Source: Obrimoposthia wandeli
Lineage: Eukaryota
Assembly: GCA_977020255.1 (NCBI GenBank)
Contig: CDROCS010005394.1
Span: 1-64,000, forward strand
Length of the DNA: 64,000 bases
Direction: 5' to 3'
Of this stretch, positions 38,707 through 48,631 are shown in pieces. A program made the translations under genes and the position numbers. Below the pieces are notes generated by a model. It made no database searches. It worked only from the letters and a program-made list of their open reading frames with translations, and was not told where the DNA came from. Every line of letters begins with the position of its first letter. The stretch's first letter is position 1.

Positions 38707-39408
38707 CTATAACCACTCTACTGTTGGCGTAAACATATAACCGGCACCATAAACCGTTTTAATAATTTTCGGATCCTTATGGTCCACTTCTATTTTTTTT
38801 CTCAATCGTGACATGCGAACATCAATACTGCGATCAAACGTCATTGCATTTTCAGCTAACAATCGTTCTCGACTTAATATTTGTTGTGGCGCGGCGAGAA
38901 GTAACTGTAAAATATTGGCTTCAGCAACACTTAACATATCAGTATCACCATTAGTGTGAGTAAGCATTAAGGTTGATACATTAAAGGACCAATCTACAAA
39001 TTGAGCACAATACTTTTCAAGATCTACCGTTTCAGTAACAACTAAACGTCGTACTATACTTTTAACCCTAGCCACAAGTTCCCGCAGTTCAAAAGGTTTA
39101 GCAATATAATCATCAGCCCCTAACTCTAATCCTAATATTTTATCCGGCAGACTATTACGCCCAGATAAGATCATAACGCCCATTTTTTTATTATTAAATA
39201 ATTCCCTTACTAAAGTTAACCCATCCATATCCGGCAAACCCAAATCAATAATACACAAGGCCGGCGTTTTATCCTTTACTGCCTTTAATGCTGCTTCACC
39301 CGAGGTGAAAAATGCCGTTTCAAAATTATATTGTGCTAATTCTTGGCAGACAAGTTCACAAATATCTATTTCATCGTCAATAACATAAATGAGTGGTTTA
39401 GTTTGCAC
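38707..39408 (-). CDS. OmpR-family response regulator
   Basis: IDDE, DLGLPDMDG, GADDYIAKPF, winged helix IDVRMSRLRKKIE and IKTVYGAGY. Confidence 0.9.
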   Translation of the reverse strand: MQTKPLIYVIDDEIDICELVCQELAQYNFETAFFTSGEAALKAVKDKTPALCIIDLGLPDMDGLTLVRELFNNKKMGVMILSGRNSLPDKILGLELGADDYIAKPFELRELVARVKSIVRRLVVTETVDLEKYCAQFVDWSFNVSTLMLTHTNGDTDMLSVAEANILQLLLAAPQQILSRERLLAENAMTFDRSIDVRMSRLRKKIEVDHKDPKIIKTVYGAGYMFTPTVEWL

Positions 39409-41923
39409 CTTCGATATCCTTTTCTGTCGTAACAATTGATTGAATCACCGTATTATCTAGTGCACTGCGTAATTCACATGTAGAAAACGGTTTCCGTAGC
39501 AGTATTACGTTATCGATATTATTTAATGATTTATCATTTTCAAAGACGTAACCACTCATTAAAATCACCTTACTTGAGGGGTCTTGGCGTCGTAATTTAT
39601 CCGCCAATTCAAATCCAGTTTTGGAACCCGGCATACTAATATCAGACAACATGCCAAACAAACTCGGTATTGCCGCCATCAACTTTTCAGCTTCATCACT
39701 ATCTGTCGCTTCTATAACGTTAAAACCAAAAGAGATAAGCTGTTCACGCACTACAGCTCGAACATCGAAATCATCTTCAACCAACAATATTAATTTATCG
39801 GTAAAATCACTATTTTGAACACGATTATTATATTTAACATGTCGTTCAGGGACGGCTTGATACGATAGTTGCGGTAACAACAACGTAATTTTAGCGCCAC
39901 CATTAGCCGCATTGTTTAAGTTAATAAAACCACGAGATTGCTTAATAAAACCAAATACCATACTTAGGCCTAAACCGGAGCCTTGTCCTGATGATTTTGT
40001 GGTATAAAACGGTTCAAACGCCATCTTTATCGCATCAAGCGTAAAGCCACAGCCGCTATCAATGACATCAATAAGTATATATTTTCCAGGCGCGACAGGT
40101 TCATCAACGTTGATCGCTGTTTTGGTTTCGATATTGACAGCGCTTACATTAATACTAATTTCGCCGCCTTCAGGCATTGCATCTCTAGCATTTAACATCA
40201 AATTAATAAGACAATTATCTAACTGATTTGGATCTACATTAACTTGTAATCGACGACTAGAAAAATGAGTATTTATAACAATAGTACTTGGTAATGAGTC
40301 TTTAATTAACTCCACCGTTTCATCAATCGAATCAGCTATATTAATACGACAAGGCTGTAACGATTGACGACGAGAAAAGGCTAATAAGCGATTAGTAATA
40401 TCACTACCTCGACGAGATGCTCGGATGGCAGGTGCAAGTTTTTTCAATAAAATATCATTGTCTGGAAAGCGTCGCTCGGCAGCAACTAAGTTACCCAGGA
40501 TAATAGTTAGAAGATTATTAAAATCATGCGCTAAACCACCCGCTAATTGACCCACTGCGTTCATCCGTTGGGCCTGCATCAATTGCTGTTCTACACGCTT
40601 ACTCTCTAAAATACTCAGCTGTAGTTGCTGATTACTTTTTACTAACGCGTCAGTACGCGATGCGATGGTTGAATCCAGATTGGTGATATTGTCACGCAAT
40701 TGTGTGACCATTTGATCAAACGCTAATCCCAGAACGCCAAATTCATCTTGGCGTTTAATACCACTTTTCAATGTTAAATCACCACGACTCACCTTTTGTG
40801 CGACAGCTGCAAGCTGCGTGATCGGGTATGTCACCCAATTCGTAAATAGTAGCGCAAATACAATCGCGACAAAGAGTGCTAACAAACCAATTACAATAAT
40901 ACGTTGAGTCAGTAATTTTCCACTACTTTGCAATTCTTCAGTATAAACTGAAGAACAAATGTACCAACCTAAGCCTTTTATATAACGAACCAAAGATAGT
41001 TTTTCATAAATATAATTATTGGGATCTGTCGGTCTATCCCATTGGTAAATCAATTCATTGCCAGTATCAGCTACATCAATAAGCTCTTGTAATATAGACA
41101 GGCCCGTCATCGGATTGTTTAGCAACAAGGCATTAGTGGCTTCGATATTATCATTAGGGTGCACCAGCATATTGCCTTGCTCATCAAAAATAAATAAATA
41201 ACCCGTTTCGGCAATAACGATATCTTTTATTGATTGTCTTAGGTCCGTAATCACTTCAGCTCTACGTGCTTGGATCTCTTCCTTAATATCATCAATATAA
41301 ACCCCCGTGCCAATAAAAATATTCCATTCAGGAAAATATTTTACATAAGATATTTTCTCAACATCTTTACTTTCTCCCAATCGGCGCCAAGGGTATTGAT
41401 AAAATCCAGCGCCCTGTGTCCGTGCTTTTAATATCACCGTAGGGAACACCAAATCGCCATTCGCATCTCTTAAATCTGAAGCATCCATCCCATAAAAATG
41501 CGGATCAGGATGAGATAAAATTGTCGATTCTTGGTCCGCAATCCAAATATAACTACCATTTCCATAAGTAAAGTTACGGAGTCCTTCATACACTTTGTTA
41601 TAGGCTTGTTGCGAAGTGAGTTTGTTCAATTTAGATTCTGCCAACGTATTTGTTACGTAAGCGTCAGCAAGATCGATGACAGATTTCATATTGCGCTTAT
41701 GTCCATCGAGTGCTTCGCGTTGATAGGCCGCTAAACTAAGTTTCATTTTATTAGCCAGATCAACCACGTTATCTAATACCATACGGCTTGAATTTCTTTC
41801 TGTTTCGTACACTTTTTCATTAATCAGCGGCACTGAATAGAAATAAATAACTGAGAATAACGCCAATAAAATAGTGACTATAGAAGAGAAGAAAACGCGG
41901 GATAATTTATGCTTTAACAACAC
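39398..41923 (-). CDS. Hybrid sensor histidine kinase (tandem Cache, HAMP, HisKA, HATPase, REC)
   Basis: Two Cache-like repeats, HAMP, AHDFNNLL H-box, PFYTTK and GSGLGL, C-terminal receiver domain. Confidence 0.9.
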   Translation of the reverse strand: MLLKHKLSRVFFSSIVTILLALFSVIYFYSVPLINEKVYETERNSSRMVLDNVVDLANKMKLSLAAYQREALDGHKRNMKSVIDLADAYVTNTLAESKLNKLTSQQAYNKVYEGLRNFTYGNGSYIWIADQESTILSHPDPHFYGMDASDLRDANGDLVFPTVILKARTQGAGFYQYPWRRLGESKDVEKISYVKYFPEWNIFIGTGVYIDDIKEEIQARRAEVITDLRQSIKDIVIAETGYLFIFDEQGNMLVHPNDNIEATNALLLNNPMTGLSILQELIDVADTGNELIYQWDRPTDPNNYIYEKLSLVRYIKGLGWYICSSVYTEELQSSGKLLTQRIIVIGLLALFVAIVFALLFTNWVTYPITQLAAVAQKVSRGDLTLKSGIKRQDEFGVLGLAFDQMVTQLRDNITNLDSTIASRTDALVKSNQQLQLSILESKRVEQQLMQAQRMNAVGQLAGGLAHDFNNLLTIILGNLVAAERRFPDNDILLKKLAPAIRASRRGSDITNRLLAFSRRQSLQPCRINIADSIDETVELIKDSLPSTIVINTHFSSRRLQVNVDPNQLDNCLINLMLNARDAMPEGGEISINVSAVNIETKTAINVDEPVAPGKYILIDVIDSGCGFTLDAIKMAFEPFYTTKSSGQGSGLGLSMVFGFIKQSRGFINLNNAANGGAKITLLLPQLSYQAVPERHVKYNNRVQNSDFTDKLILLVEDDFDVRAVVREQLISFGFNVIEATDSDEAEKLMAAIPSLFGMLSDISMPGSKTGFELADKLRRQDPSSKVILMSGYVFENDKSLNNIDNVILLRKPFSTCELRSALDNTVIQSIVTTEKDIEGAN

Positions 41924-42012
41924 TTGCTTCCTACATATGCGTTAAGTTATAAAGCATTTTAACATTGTGATAACTAAATTAAGTGATTCAGCATCCAGTT
42001 TGTCATTAAAAA

Positions 42013-42034
42013 TGGCTGGTTGCTACGCCAGCCA
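42013..42034 (-). terminator. Probable intrinsic terminator after the acyl-CoA synthetase
   Basis: TGGCTGG-N8-CCAGCCA, followed by TTTTT on the minus strand. Confidence 0.55.
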
Positions 42035-42122
42035 AAAGTAACAGATGAAAATAGCAAACTAACAGTTAATATCATGATTCTTCATTATTAACCGCCTGCT
42101 ACATCCTAGACAAGGCTAAGTA

Positions 42123-43796
42123 CTAGGTTAAATCGTTTGCACGTTGGCGCAGCAAGAATTTTTGGATTTTACCTGTTGACGTTTTCGGTAATTCACCAAA
42201 TATGATTGTTTTTGGGGTTTTAAAGTGCGCCATATTATCTCGGCAAAAATGTATCAGTTCTTGCTCCGTAATATCCACATTAGGCATAGGAGTGATAAAT
42301 GCGCACGGCGTTTCTCCCCACTTATCATCTTTTTTGGCGACAACGGCGACGTCTTGAATTTTGGGATGACGGTAAAGAATGTCCTCCACTTCAACACTGG
42401 AAATATTTTCTCCGCCAGAAATAATGACATCTTTTGAACGGTCTTTAATTTCGACATAACCATCCTCGTGCCATACCGCCAAATCACCAGAATGGAACCA
42501 CCCACCAGCAAATGCAGCTTGGGTTGTGGATGGATTTTTCAAGTACCCTTTCATGACTAAATTACCACGCATGAAAATCTCACCAATCGATTCCCCATCT
42601 TTCGCTACGGGTTCCATCGTAATAGGGTCGGCAACCATTAACTGATCAAGTAACGGAGAACGTACACCTTGGCGTGATTTTAAACGCGCTTGTTGTTCAC
42701 TCGTTTTATCATTCCACTCATCATGCCATGCACAAACCACTGAAGGCCCATAAGTTTCTGTTAAACCATAAGTATGCGTAACTTTAAAACCAGATGCTTC
42801 CATACCTTCAATCACAGATGCTGGCGGCGGCGCACCTGCAGTCATAACTTTTACTTCATAATCAATACCCGCTTTTATCGATTCATCGACACTATTAAGC
42901 ATATTCAATACGATTGGCGCACCACAAAAATGCGTCACTTTTTCTGTGCGAATTAAATCATAAATAGCTTCTGCGCGCACATGACGAGCACTTACGCTAA
43001 TGCCTGCCGTTGCTGCAATCGACCATGGAAAACACCAGCCATTACAATGGAACATTGGCAACGTCCATAGATACACCGGATGATTACCCATTTCCCACGA
43101 TAAGATATTACTCACCGCGTTTAAATAAGCGCCACGGTAATGATAAACAACCCCTTTTGGATCGCCTGTTGTACCCGAAGTATAATTGAGTGAAATAGCA
43201 TCCCATTCATCATCAGGTCTTACCCACATAAAATCATCATCGCCTTCAGCTAAAAATTGATCATAAGTTAAATCCCCGATAAAGTGCCCACCAGAAAACC
43301 CTGGATCATCAATATCAATCACTAGCGGTTTATTCGCTAACATTTTCACAGCTTGCTGAACAACCGCACTGAACTCACGGTCTGTGATCAGTACCTTGGT
43401 TTCTGCATGCACAAGAATAAAGGCAATAGCCTCCGCATCTAAACGGGTATTAATCGAATTCAGCACTGCACCTGACATAGGTACCGAAAAATGAGCCTCA
43501 AAGTGTTCACTAATATTTGGTGCAATGATCGAAACGGTATCGCCTTTACCAATACCACGTTTGGTCAAGGCACTGGCAAAACGGCTGCAGCGTTTATACA
43601 CTTCAGACCAGGTATGATGAATGTCACCATTAATAGTGGCGGTTTTATTTGGGTAAACAAATGCCGTGCGTTCCAAAAATGAAATAGGGGTTAGTGCAAC
43701 ATAGTTTGCCTCTGTTACAGGTAAATATTGCTCAAAAATACTCGTTGGTTGCATATTCCTTTGCAGTTCATTTCGATTCATTGTTGATGTTGACAT
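42123..43796 (-). CDS. Short/medium-chain acyl-CoA synthetase (DmdB/AAE-like group)
   Basis: NYVALTPISFLER, YTSGTTGDPKG, YGLTETYGP, WFHSGDL and TSTGKIQK. Confidence 0.88.
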   Translation of the reverse strand: MSTSTMNRNELQRNMQPTSIFEQYLPVTEANYVALTPISFLERTAFVYPNKTATINGDIHHTWSEVYKRCSRFASALTKRGIGKGDTVSIIAPNISEHFEAHFSVPMSGAVLNSINTRLDAEAIAFILVHAETKVLITDREFSAVVQQAVKMLANKPLVIDIDDPGFSGGHFIGDLTYDQFLAEGDDDFMWVRPDDEWDAISLNYTSGTTGDPKGVVYHYRGAYLNAVSNILSWEMGNHPVYLWTLPMFHCNGWCFPWSIAATAGISVSARHVRAEAIYDLIRTEKVTHFCGAPIVLNMLNSVDESIKAGIDYEVKVMTAGAPPPASVIEGMEASGFKVTHTYGLTETYGPSVVCAWHDEWNDKTSEQQARLKSRQGVRSPLLDQLMVADPITMEPVAKDGESIGEIFMRGNLVMKGYLKNPSTTQAAFAGGWFHSGDLAVWHEDGYVEIKDRSKDVIISGGENISSVEVEDILYRHPKIQDVAVVAKKDDKWGETPCAFITPMPNVDITEQELIHFCRDNMAHFKTPKTIIFGELPKTSTGKIQKFLLRQRANDLT

Positions 43797-43822
43797 AAAT
43801 CCAATTCCTTTATTATTTATGA

Positions 43823-45256
43823 TTATTTAGTATCAGCAGATAGTGGTATTTTGGCGTCTAATTCCTTTATATCGTCACTGTCTTCAAACAACACATTACC
43901 TTCACGCTTATCCGAGCCTAATAATGAGGGTCTTTCAATCAGGAAATACAACACCAGACCAACAATGACCGCATATACCGTCGACTTTGGATCTGGCATC
44001 GCTAATGTGACAGCGACAATCCCCGCAACACCCCGCTCTACCGAATCTTTTAACTGCTCCATTCCAACCATGATGCAAATATAAGCCGTCAGAATAAGCG
44101 TTAACGACAACGCAATTGGCAATACTGGTTTAAACAATGTAACCAAAGGCAAAGCAAAAAGAGCCACTAAGCCACTGATCCAAAATGTGCCACCACCGCT
44201 ATAAATAGACTCCATCGATTTACGTCCCATTGCATAACGTTCTGCTACCGTCGCATGCGCCGCAGTCCATAATGGACCAGCTAAACCCGGCCAAGGAGCA
44301 AAAAATGCATGAATCAAATTACGTAAGCCTGTCACTAAATGTACTCGATCAACGTTTTCTTCTATTTTTTCATCAACGCGAATATGGTCAACGCGTTTAA
44401 CCAAGGAGAAACCAACAATGATGTCACCAAATGCAATCACATAAGCAATTAATGCCGTCGGAATGGCGAGTAAAAATACCTCTATATTAGGGAAACCGAC
44501 GGTAAAGGGTAAATATTCAACCATCAAAGCGAAGTCTGGCTGGGTAATTCCCCATTTGATATCAGGTAGTGGATATTCACCGACAGCCCAACCGACTAAC
44601 ATGGCGATAATCATGCCAGGCACCATGCCGAAGTTAGCCACTTTTTTAGCAAATGAATTACCGTCAATAACATTCTTAAATGATAACGAAAACAACACAT
44701 AAGCAGAGATTATAGAACCGACAATCAAAGAAATTGGTGTTGCGTCAATGCGACCACCCAATTTTAACTCGCCCATAAGCGCAGCCATACCGGCACCAAT
44801 GATGACGCCAGACTTCAATGAGTTGGGAATAAAATTAACTAGTTTTGAACCCCATCTTGTGATCCCTAAAATAAAGAAAATGATCGCGACTTCAATTTGT
44901 AATGCAAACAAGGCTTGAATAGCTTCAGGCCCTGGTTCAAAACCTTTTAAATACAGTAATACCACAGGAATAGCGGGGGTGATCCACCCAGGCACTAATG
45001 GCACACCAAGCATCGCAGGCAAGATATAACAAAGCCCTGCAATAAAGGTGAAAGCCAAAGCTGCTTCATAGGGCATACCGAGGTAACTTTCGAGTAATGG
45101 GATCATTGCAAGCCCCACTACAAACATGAAAAAACCTTGGATCATTTCTGGCATTTCCCAGCGATAATGTACAAACGGTAATCTAATTTTAAATGGTTTA
45201 AATAGACTATGTATAAAAGTTGCCATATTAGTGCCTTCATTATCCTTATTTTCCAT
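43823..45256 (-). CDS. Uncharacterised polytopic permease (NCS2/BenE-like, uncertain)
   Basis: About 12-14 hydrophobic segments; KIRLPFVHYRWE, PGWITPAIP and YVIAFGD. Confidence 0.6.
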   Translation of the reverse strand: MENKDNEGTNMATFIHSLFKPFKIRLPFVHYRWEMPEMIQGFFMFVVGLAMIPLLESYLGMPYEAALAFTFIAGLCYILPAMLGVPLVPGWITPAIPVVLLYLKGFEPGPEAIQALFALQIEVAIIFFILGITRWGSKLVNFIPNSLKSGVIIGAGMAALMGELKLGGRIDATPISLIVGSIISAYVLFSLSFKNVIDGNSFAKKVANFGMVPGMIIAMLVGWAVGEYPLPDIKWGITQPDFALMVEYLPFTVGFPNIEVFLLAIPTALIAYVIAFGDIIVGFSLVKRVDHIRVDEKIEENVDRVHLVTGLRNLIHAFFAPWPGLAGPLWTAAHATVAERYAMGRKSMESIYSGGGTFWISGLVALFALPLVTLFKPVLPIALSLTLILTAYICIMVGMEQLKDSVERGVAGIVAVTLAMPDPKSTVYAVIVGLVLYFLIERPSLLGSDKREGNVLFEDSDDIKELDAKIPLSADTK

Positions 45257-45348
45257 TTCGTTTAAATATGTATAAACTGTTGGCGTTTAATGACGCTATA
45301 AACGTTGTAAAGTAAGTTAACTATGAAACCATGTCAGAAGTTTTGCTA

Positions 45349-45369
45349 AAATGTTACGAAATGTTACGA
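45349..45369. promoter_or_regulatory. 10-bp direct repeat, candidate OmpR-family operator
   Basis: AAATGTTACG AAATGTTACG A. On the minus strand it is followed by CTGACA-17 nt-TACTTT. Confidence 0.45.
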
Positions 45370-45632
45370 GGTTGATCTGAATGACAGGTCACTTCCAAAA
45401 TCAATGACGATAATAAATTAAAAGCCTATATAACAATACCTTAAACTGTTAAAAACAATCGTAAACAAAACCAGACCACGACCACAAAAACAACAAATAA
45501 AAAACGATCCGGTAACATTTGATAATCAAGACACGTCACGCGTAAAATGATTATCTGCGATGCAATTATTTACTATAACTAGTTAACGACCAGCTGTTAA
45601 TATGCTGAATTAAGGTAAGATGGGTAAGCGCT

Positions 45633-46475
45633 ATGCAGCAAGAAAAAATTGAATATTGGCACAATCCGATATTACCTAATATTGAACTTAGTTCGGCAAA
45701 TGTTGAAAAATTTTCTTTCGAGCGCCATGTCCATCTTGATTACCACATTGGCATTGTCACCAGCGGTTGCCAACAATATAATCACCAAGGCAAGTTGTAT
45801 CACCTTGCGCCCGGCTTTATCTCAACCTTAAATCCAGATGAAGCGCACAATGGTGACAATATCACCCTAGGCGGTTATCAATCACATGTCATGGCATTAC
45901 CTGTCGATTATGTTAATGATATAAGCCGCGAGATGGGTCAGGCGGAAACCTTCTTTAATACACCTTTGATTAATAACCCTGCGTTATCTCATGCATTCTT
46001 ACATTTGCATAAGCTGTTAACGACTGAACAAAATAGCTCAGCACAACTGCATATCGAAACTACCATGATGGCGTTTATCACGGAGCTTTTTATTCAAAAT
46101 AGCGGGACTCACAATAGCGGCACACCATCACAGCAGCGCACATCAACAAAAAAACTATCTGCGTTGCAATTAAACTACATTAAAACCTTATTTCATGATG
46201 AGCCTGGACAAGCATTCCAATTAGATGATTTAGCACTGCAGCTTGATTTAAGTAAGTTTCAGTTTTTACGCCAATTCAAGCAATCAATGGGCATGACGCC
46301 ACACGCTTATTTAAAACGAGTGCGCTTAGAATATGCCAAAAAAGCCTTGATGAAAGGTGGTAATCTGTCTGACATCGCCTACCAAGTTGGTTTCTTTGAC
46401 CAAAGCCATTTTAATAAAGCCTTTAAAAATGCATTCTTAATCACCCCTTCGCATTTTCAGCGCCGCGTGCTTTAG
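45633..46475 (+). CDS. AraC family transcriptional regulator
   Basis: RHVHLDYHIG, LNPDEAH, HTH GMTPHAY and GFFDQSHF. Confidence 0.9.
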   Translation: MQQEKIEYWHNPILPNIELSSANVEKFSFERHVHLDYHIGIVTSGCQQYNHQGKLYHLAPGFISTLNPDEAHNGDNITLGGYQSHVMALPVDYVNDISREMGQAETFFNTPLINNPALSHAFLHLHKLLTTEQNSSAQLHIETTMMAFITELFIQNSGTHNSGTPSQQRTSTKKLSALQLNYIKTLFHDEPGQAFQLDDLALQLDLSKFQFLRQFKQSMGMTPHAYLKRVRLEYAKKALMKGGNLSDIAYQVGFFDQSHFNKAFKNAFLITPSHFQRRVL

Positions 46476-46585
46476 TTCGACATTCAGTAATGCCTAAATA
46501 CTTAGTTAAATCTGCAATTTTTTCCTATAACCAACACCTATTCCCCTGCAATATAGCGGCATAATTACTATATTAAGGTTTATCA

Positions 46586-47257
46586 ATGAACATCGAACTG
46601 CTGTTATCTCTCGCTATTATCCACGCTGTTGCTTTAGCCAGCCCAGGCCCTGACTTTGCCTTAGTGGTCAAACTCGCGAGCCAAGAATCAAGAAATACCG
46701 CCATTGCTTCTGCTGTCGGTATCTCAATTGCTATTTTAATTCATACTATTTTAAGTTTAACTGGTGTGAGTCTTATAATTAAGAGCTCACAAACCTTGTA
46801 TATGATCGTACAAATGCTAGGGGCAAGTTACTTAGCATGGATGGGATTTGGCGCCGTAAAAGGCGCGCTACAACACTGGAAGGCAAGAATATCAGTCGAT
46901 GATAATCAACTGAAATTAAATAAATTAACGCCAAAACAAGGCTTCATGCAAGGGCTTTGGACTAACTTGCTCAATCCAAAAGCGATGGTGTTTTTCATTA
47001 TTTTATTTTCGGCCATGATCACACCAGATGTCAGTTTACTCACTAAGTTATCTGCCACTGTTATCATGCTGGTATTATCGTTAGTGTGGTTTATATTTAT
47101 TGCTTTAATTTTATCAAAACCAGCTATCCAAACTCGCGTACAAAAAGCAGCACCGGCAATCAACTTATTCACCGGCATGCTGTTTATCGCGGTATCAAGT
47201 ACGATCATGTATAGCGTGCTTAAAGGCGCGATTATATTTAGTGAAAGTACTATTTAG
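46586..47257 (+). CDS. LysE family exporter
   Basis: SPGPDF, GASYLAWMG and TNLLNPKA motifs. Confidence 0.88.
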   Translation: MNIELLLSLAIIHAVALASPGPDFALVVKLASQESRNTAIASAVGISIAILIHTILSLTGVSLIIKSSQTLYMIVQMLGASYLAWMGFGAVKGALQHWKARISVDDNQLKLNKLTPKQGFMQGLWTNLLNPKAMVFFIILFSAMITPDVSLLTKLSATVIMLVLSLVWFIFIALILSKPAIQTRVQKAAPAINLFTGMLFIAVSSTIMYSVLKGAIIFSESTI

Positions 47258-47765
47258 AGTGAGAATGAGGGTAAGAGTGAGCTTGTATAGTTAATGCCAT
47301 CGGCTTAGCGCCTTGCCCATAACTTGGACATACCGAGATATGCTCAAGACCCTTAAAGCCGTATCGCTGCCAAAACGACGCTGAATCTTGCACTGCGGTT
47401 AATAATAGTTGCTGGCAACCTAAGGCTTGCATGGCGGTGATGAAATGATGAATTAATTGGCTGGCAATACCTAAACCTCTCGCCTTATGCGATATAGCGA
47501 GATCGTGTAGGTAAACCTCACTGTATCCGGTATCAATTGCAACCTCTTCACCGAGTTGTGGTACTTGCATTCCAGTCCATGGATGCGCTAATAAATACCC
47601 AAGCACAACATCATCCACGTCTGAAAACACAAAACAGCTCGTCGGTGATGCTATCCACTTACTTCTTAATACCGCTAAATCTTCATTTAAATAACTAGCG
47701 TAAGCATGCGACTGGATCTGCATGATCGCATCCCAGTCAGTCTTATTAATCGTTCTGATTGGCAT
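47250..47765 (-). CDS. GNAT acetyltransferase
   Basis: GYLLAHP, YLHDLAI, ARGLGIA and FWQRYGF motifs. Confidence 0.82.
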   Translation of the reverse strand: MPIRTINKTDWDAIMQIQSHAYASYLNEDLAVLRSKWIASPTSCFVFSDVDDVVLGYLLAHPWTGMQVPQLGEEVAIDTGYSEVYLHDLAISHKARGLGIASQLIHHFITAMQALGCQQLLLTAVQDSASFWQRYGFKGLEHISVCPSYGQGAKPMALTIQAHSYPHSHSK

Positions 47766-47794
47766 GCACTTTTCCTAGCTAAGCTTCGACATCA

Positions 47795-48265
47795 TCAAAC
47801 TAGTTCTTTGGTCATATACAAGCTGTACGGATCTTCACGATAATCAGCAAAAGGCGCACATTCGTTAAAGCCAAAATCGCGATATAACTTTTGCGCAGGT
47901 ATGAATGAATCAGGCGTGCCCGTTTCTAAACTCATTTTGGTGATCCCTTGCTGCTGAGCTGAAGTGAGAATATGCGTCAATAATCGTTGAGCAACACCTT
48001 GTCGAAGGTGAGTACTCGATGTGCGCATTGATTTTAACTCTGCATGCCCTGTTTCAATCACTTTTATCGCACCACAACCTGCAAGTTCACCCGCTATCCA
48101 GGCACTCCAAAAGGTTACATCTGGCGCTTGTAGTCCGCTAATATCTAACGAGTGCACACTTTCAGCAGGCGTATGATCAAGCATATCTTGATGATGCTCT
48201 TGCAACAACAACGCGACTTCTTTACCTGTTAAATCATCAATTCGAATTTCCATTTCAGTTCCCAT
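47795..48265 (-). CDS. GNAT acetyltransferase (YsnE-like)
   Basis: EIRIDDL, ELKSMRT, LRQGVA, SLETG and YRDFGF. Start at 48265 or 48253. Confidence 0.82.
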   Translation of the reverse strand: MGTEMEIRIDDLTGKEVALLLQEHHQDMLDHTPAESVHSLDISGLQAPDVTFWSAWIAGELAGCGAIKVIETGHAELKSMRTSSTHLRQGVAQRLLTHILTSAQQQGITKMSLETGTPDSFIPAQKLYRDFGFNECAPFADYREDPYSLYMTKELV

Positions 48266-48306
48266 TGGTAGTGTTCTGTACAGTTGGCTAATGACAACGT
48301 GAGCCT

Positions 48307-48618
48307 TCAATAATGCACTGCTAACCAAACAGTTTCAACATTTGGATCCGTCCACGCCACTTTGTGTTTTTGATGCGCTGGGATATTAAGGTAATCACCC
48401 GCTTTCAGGGTAACAGAAGGCTTGTCATCAAAGCCGATAATTGCGCTACCTGCAAGAACAATAACCCACTCATGTTGCTCTTGATCATACCAACCAAAAT
48501 CTGGCGATGTATGCCCTTTAGAGATAATACGTTCTATTGTTACCTTGTCACTGCTAACGAGATCTTCAAATACCTCGTTACTTAGATCTGTGGGGATCAA
48601 ATCAAAAATATTATGCAT
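48307..48618 (-). CDS. Cupin domain protein
   Basis: IERIISKGH, WYDQEQHEWV, GDYLNIPAHQKHKV and TVWLAVHY motifs. Confidence 0.82.
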   Translation of the reverse strand: MHNIFDLIPTDLSNEVFEDLVSSDKVTIERIISKGHTSPDFGWYDQEQHEWVIVLAGSAIIGFDDKPSVTLKAGDYLNIPAHQKHKVAWTDPNVETVWLAVHY

Positions 48619-48631
48619 GTTTAATCATCCT

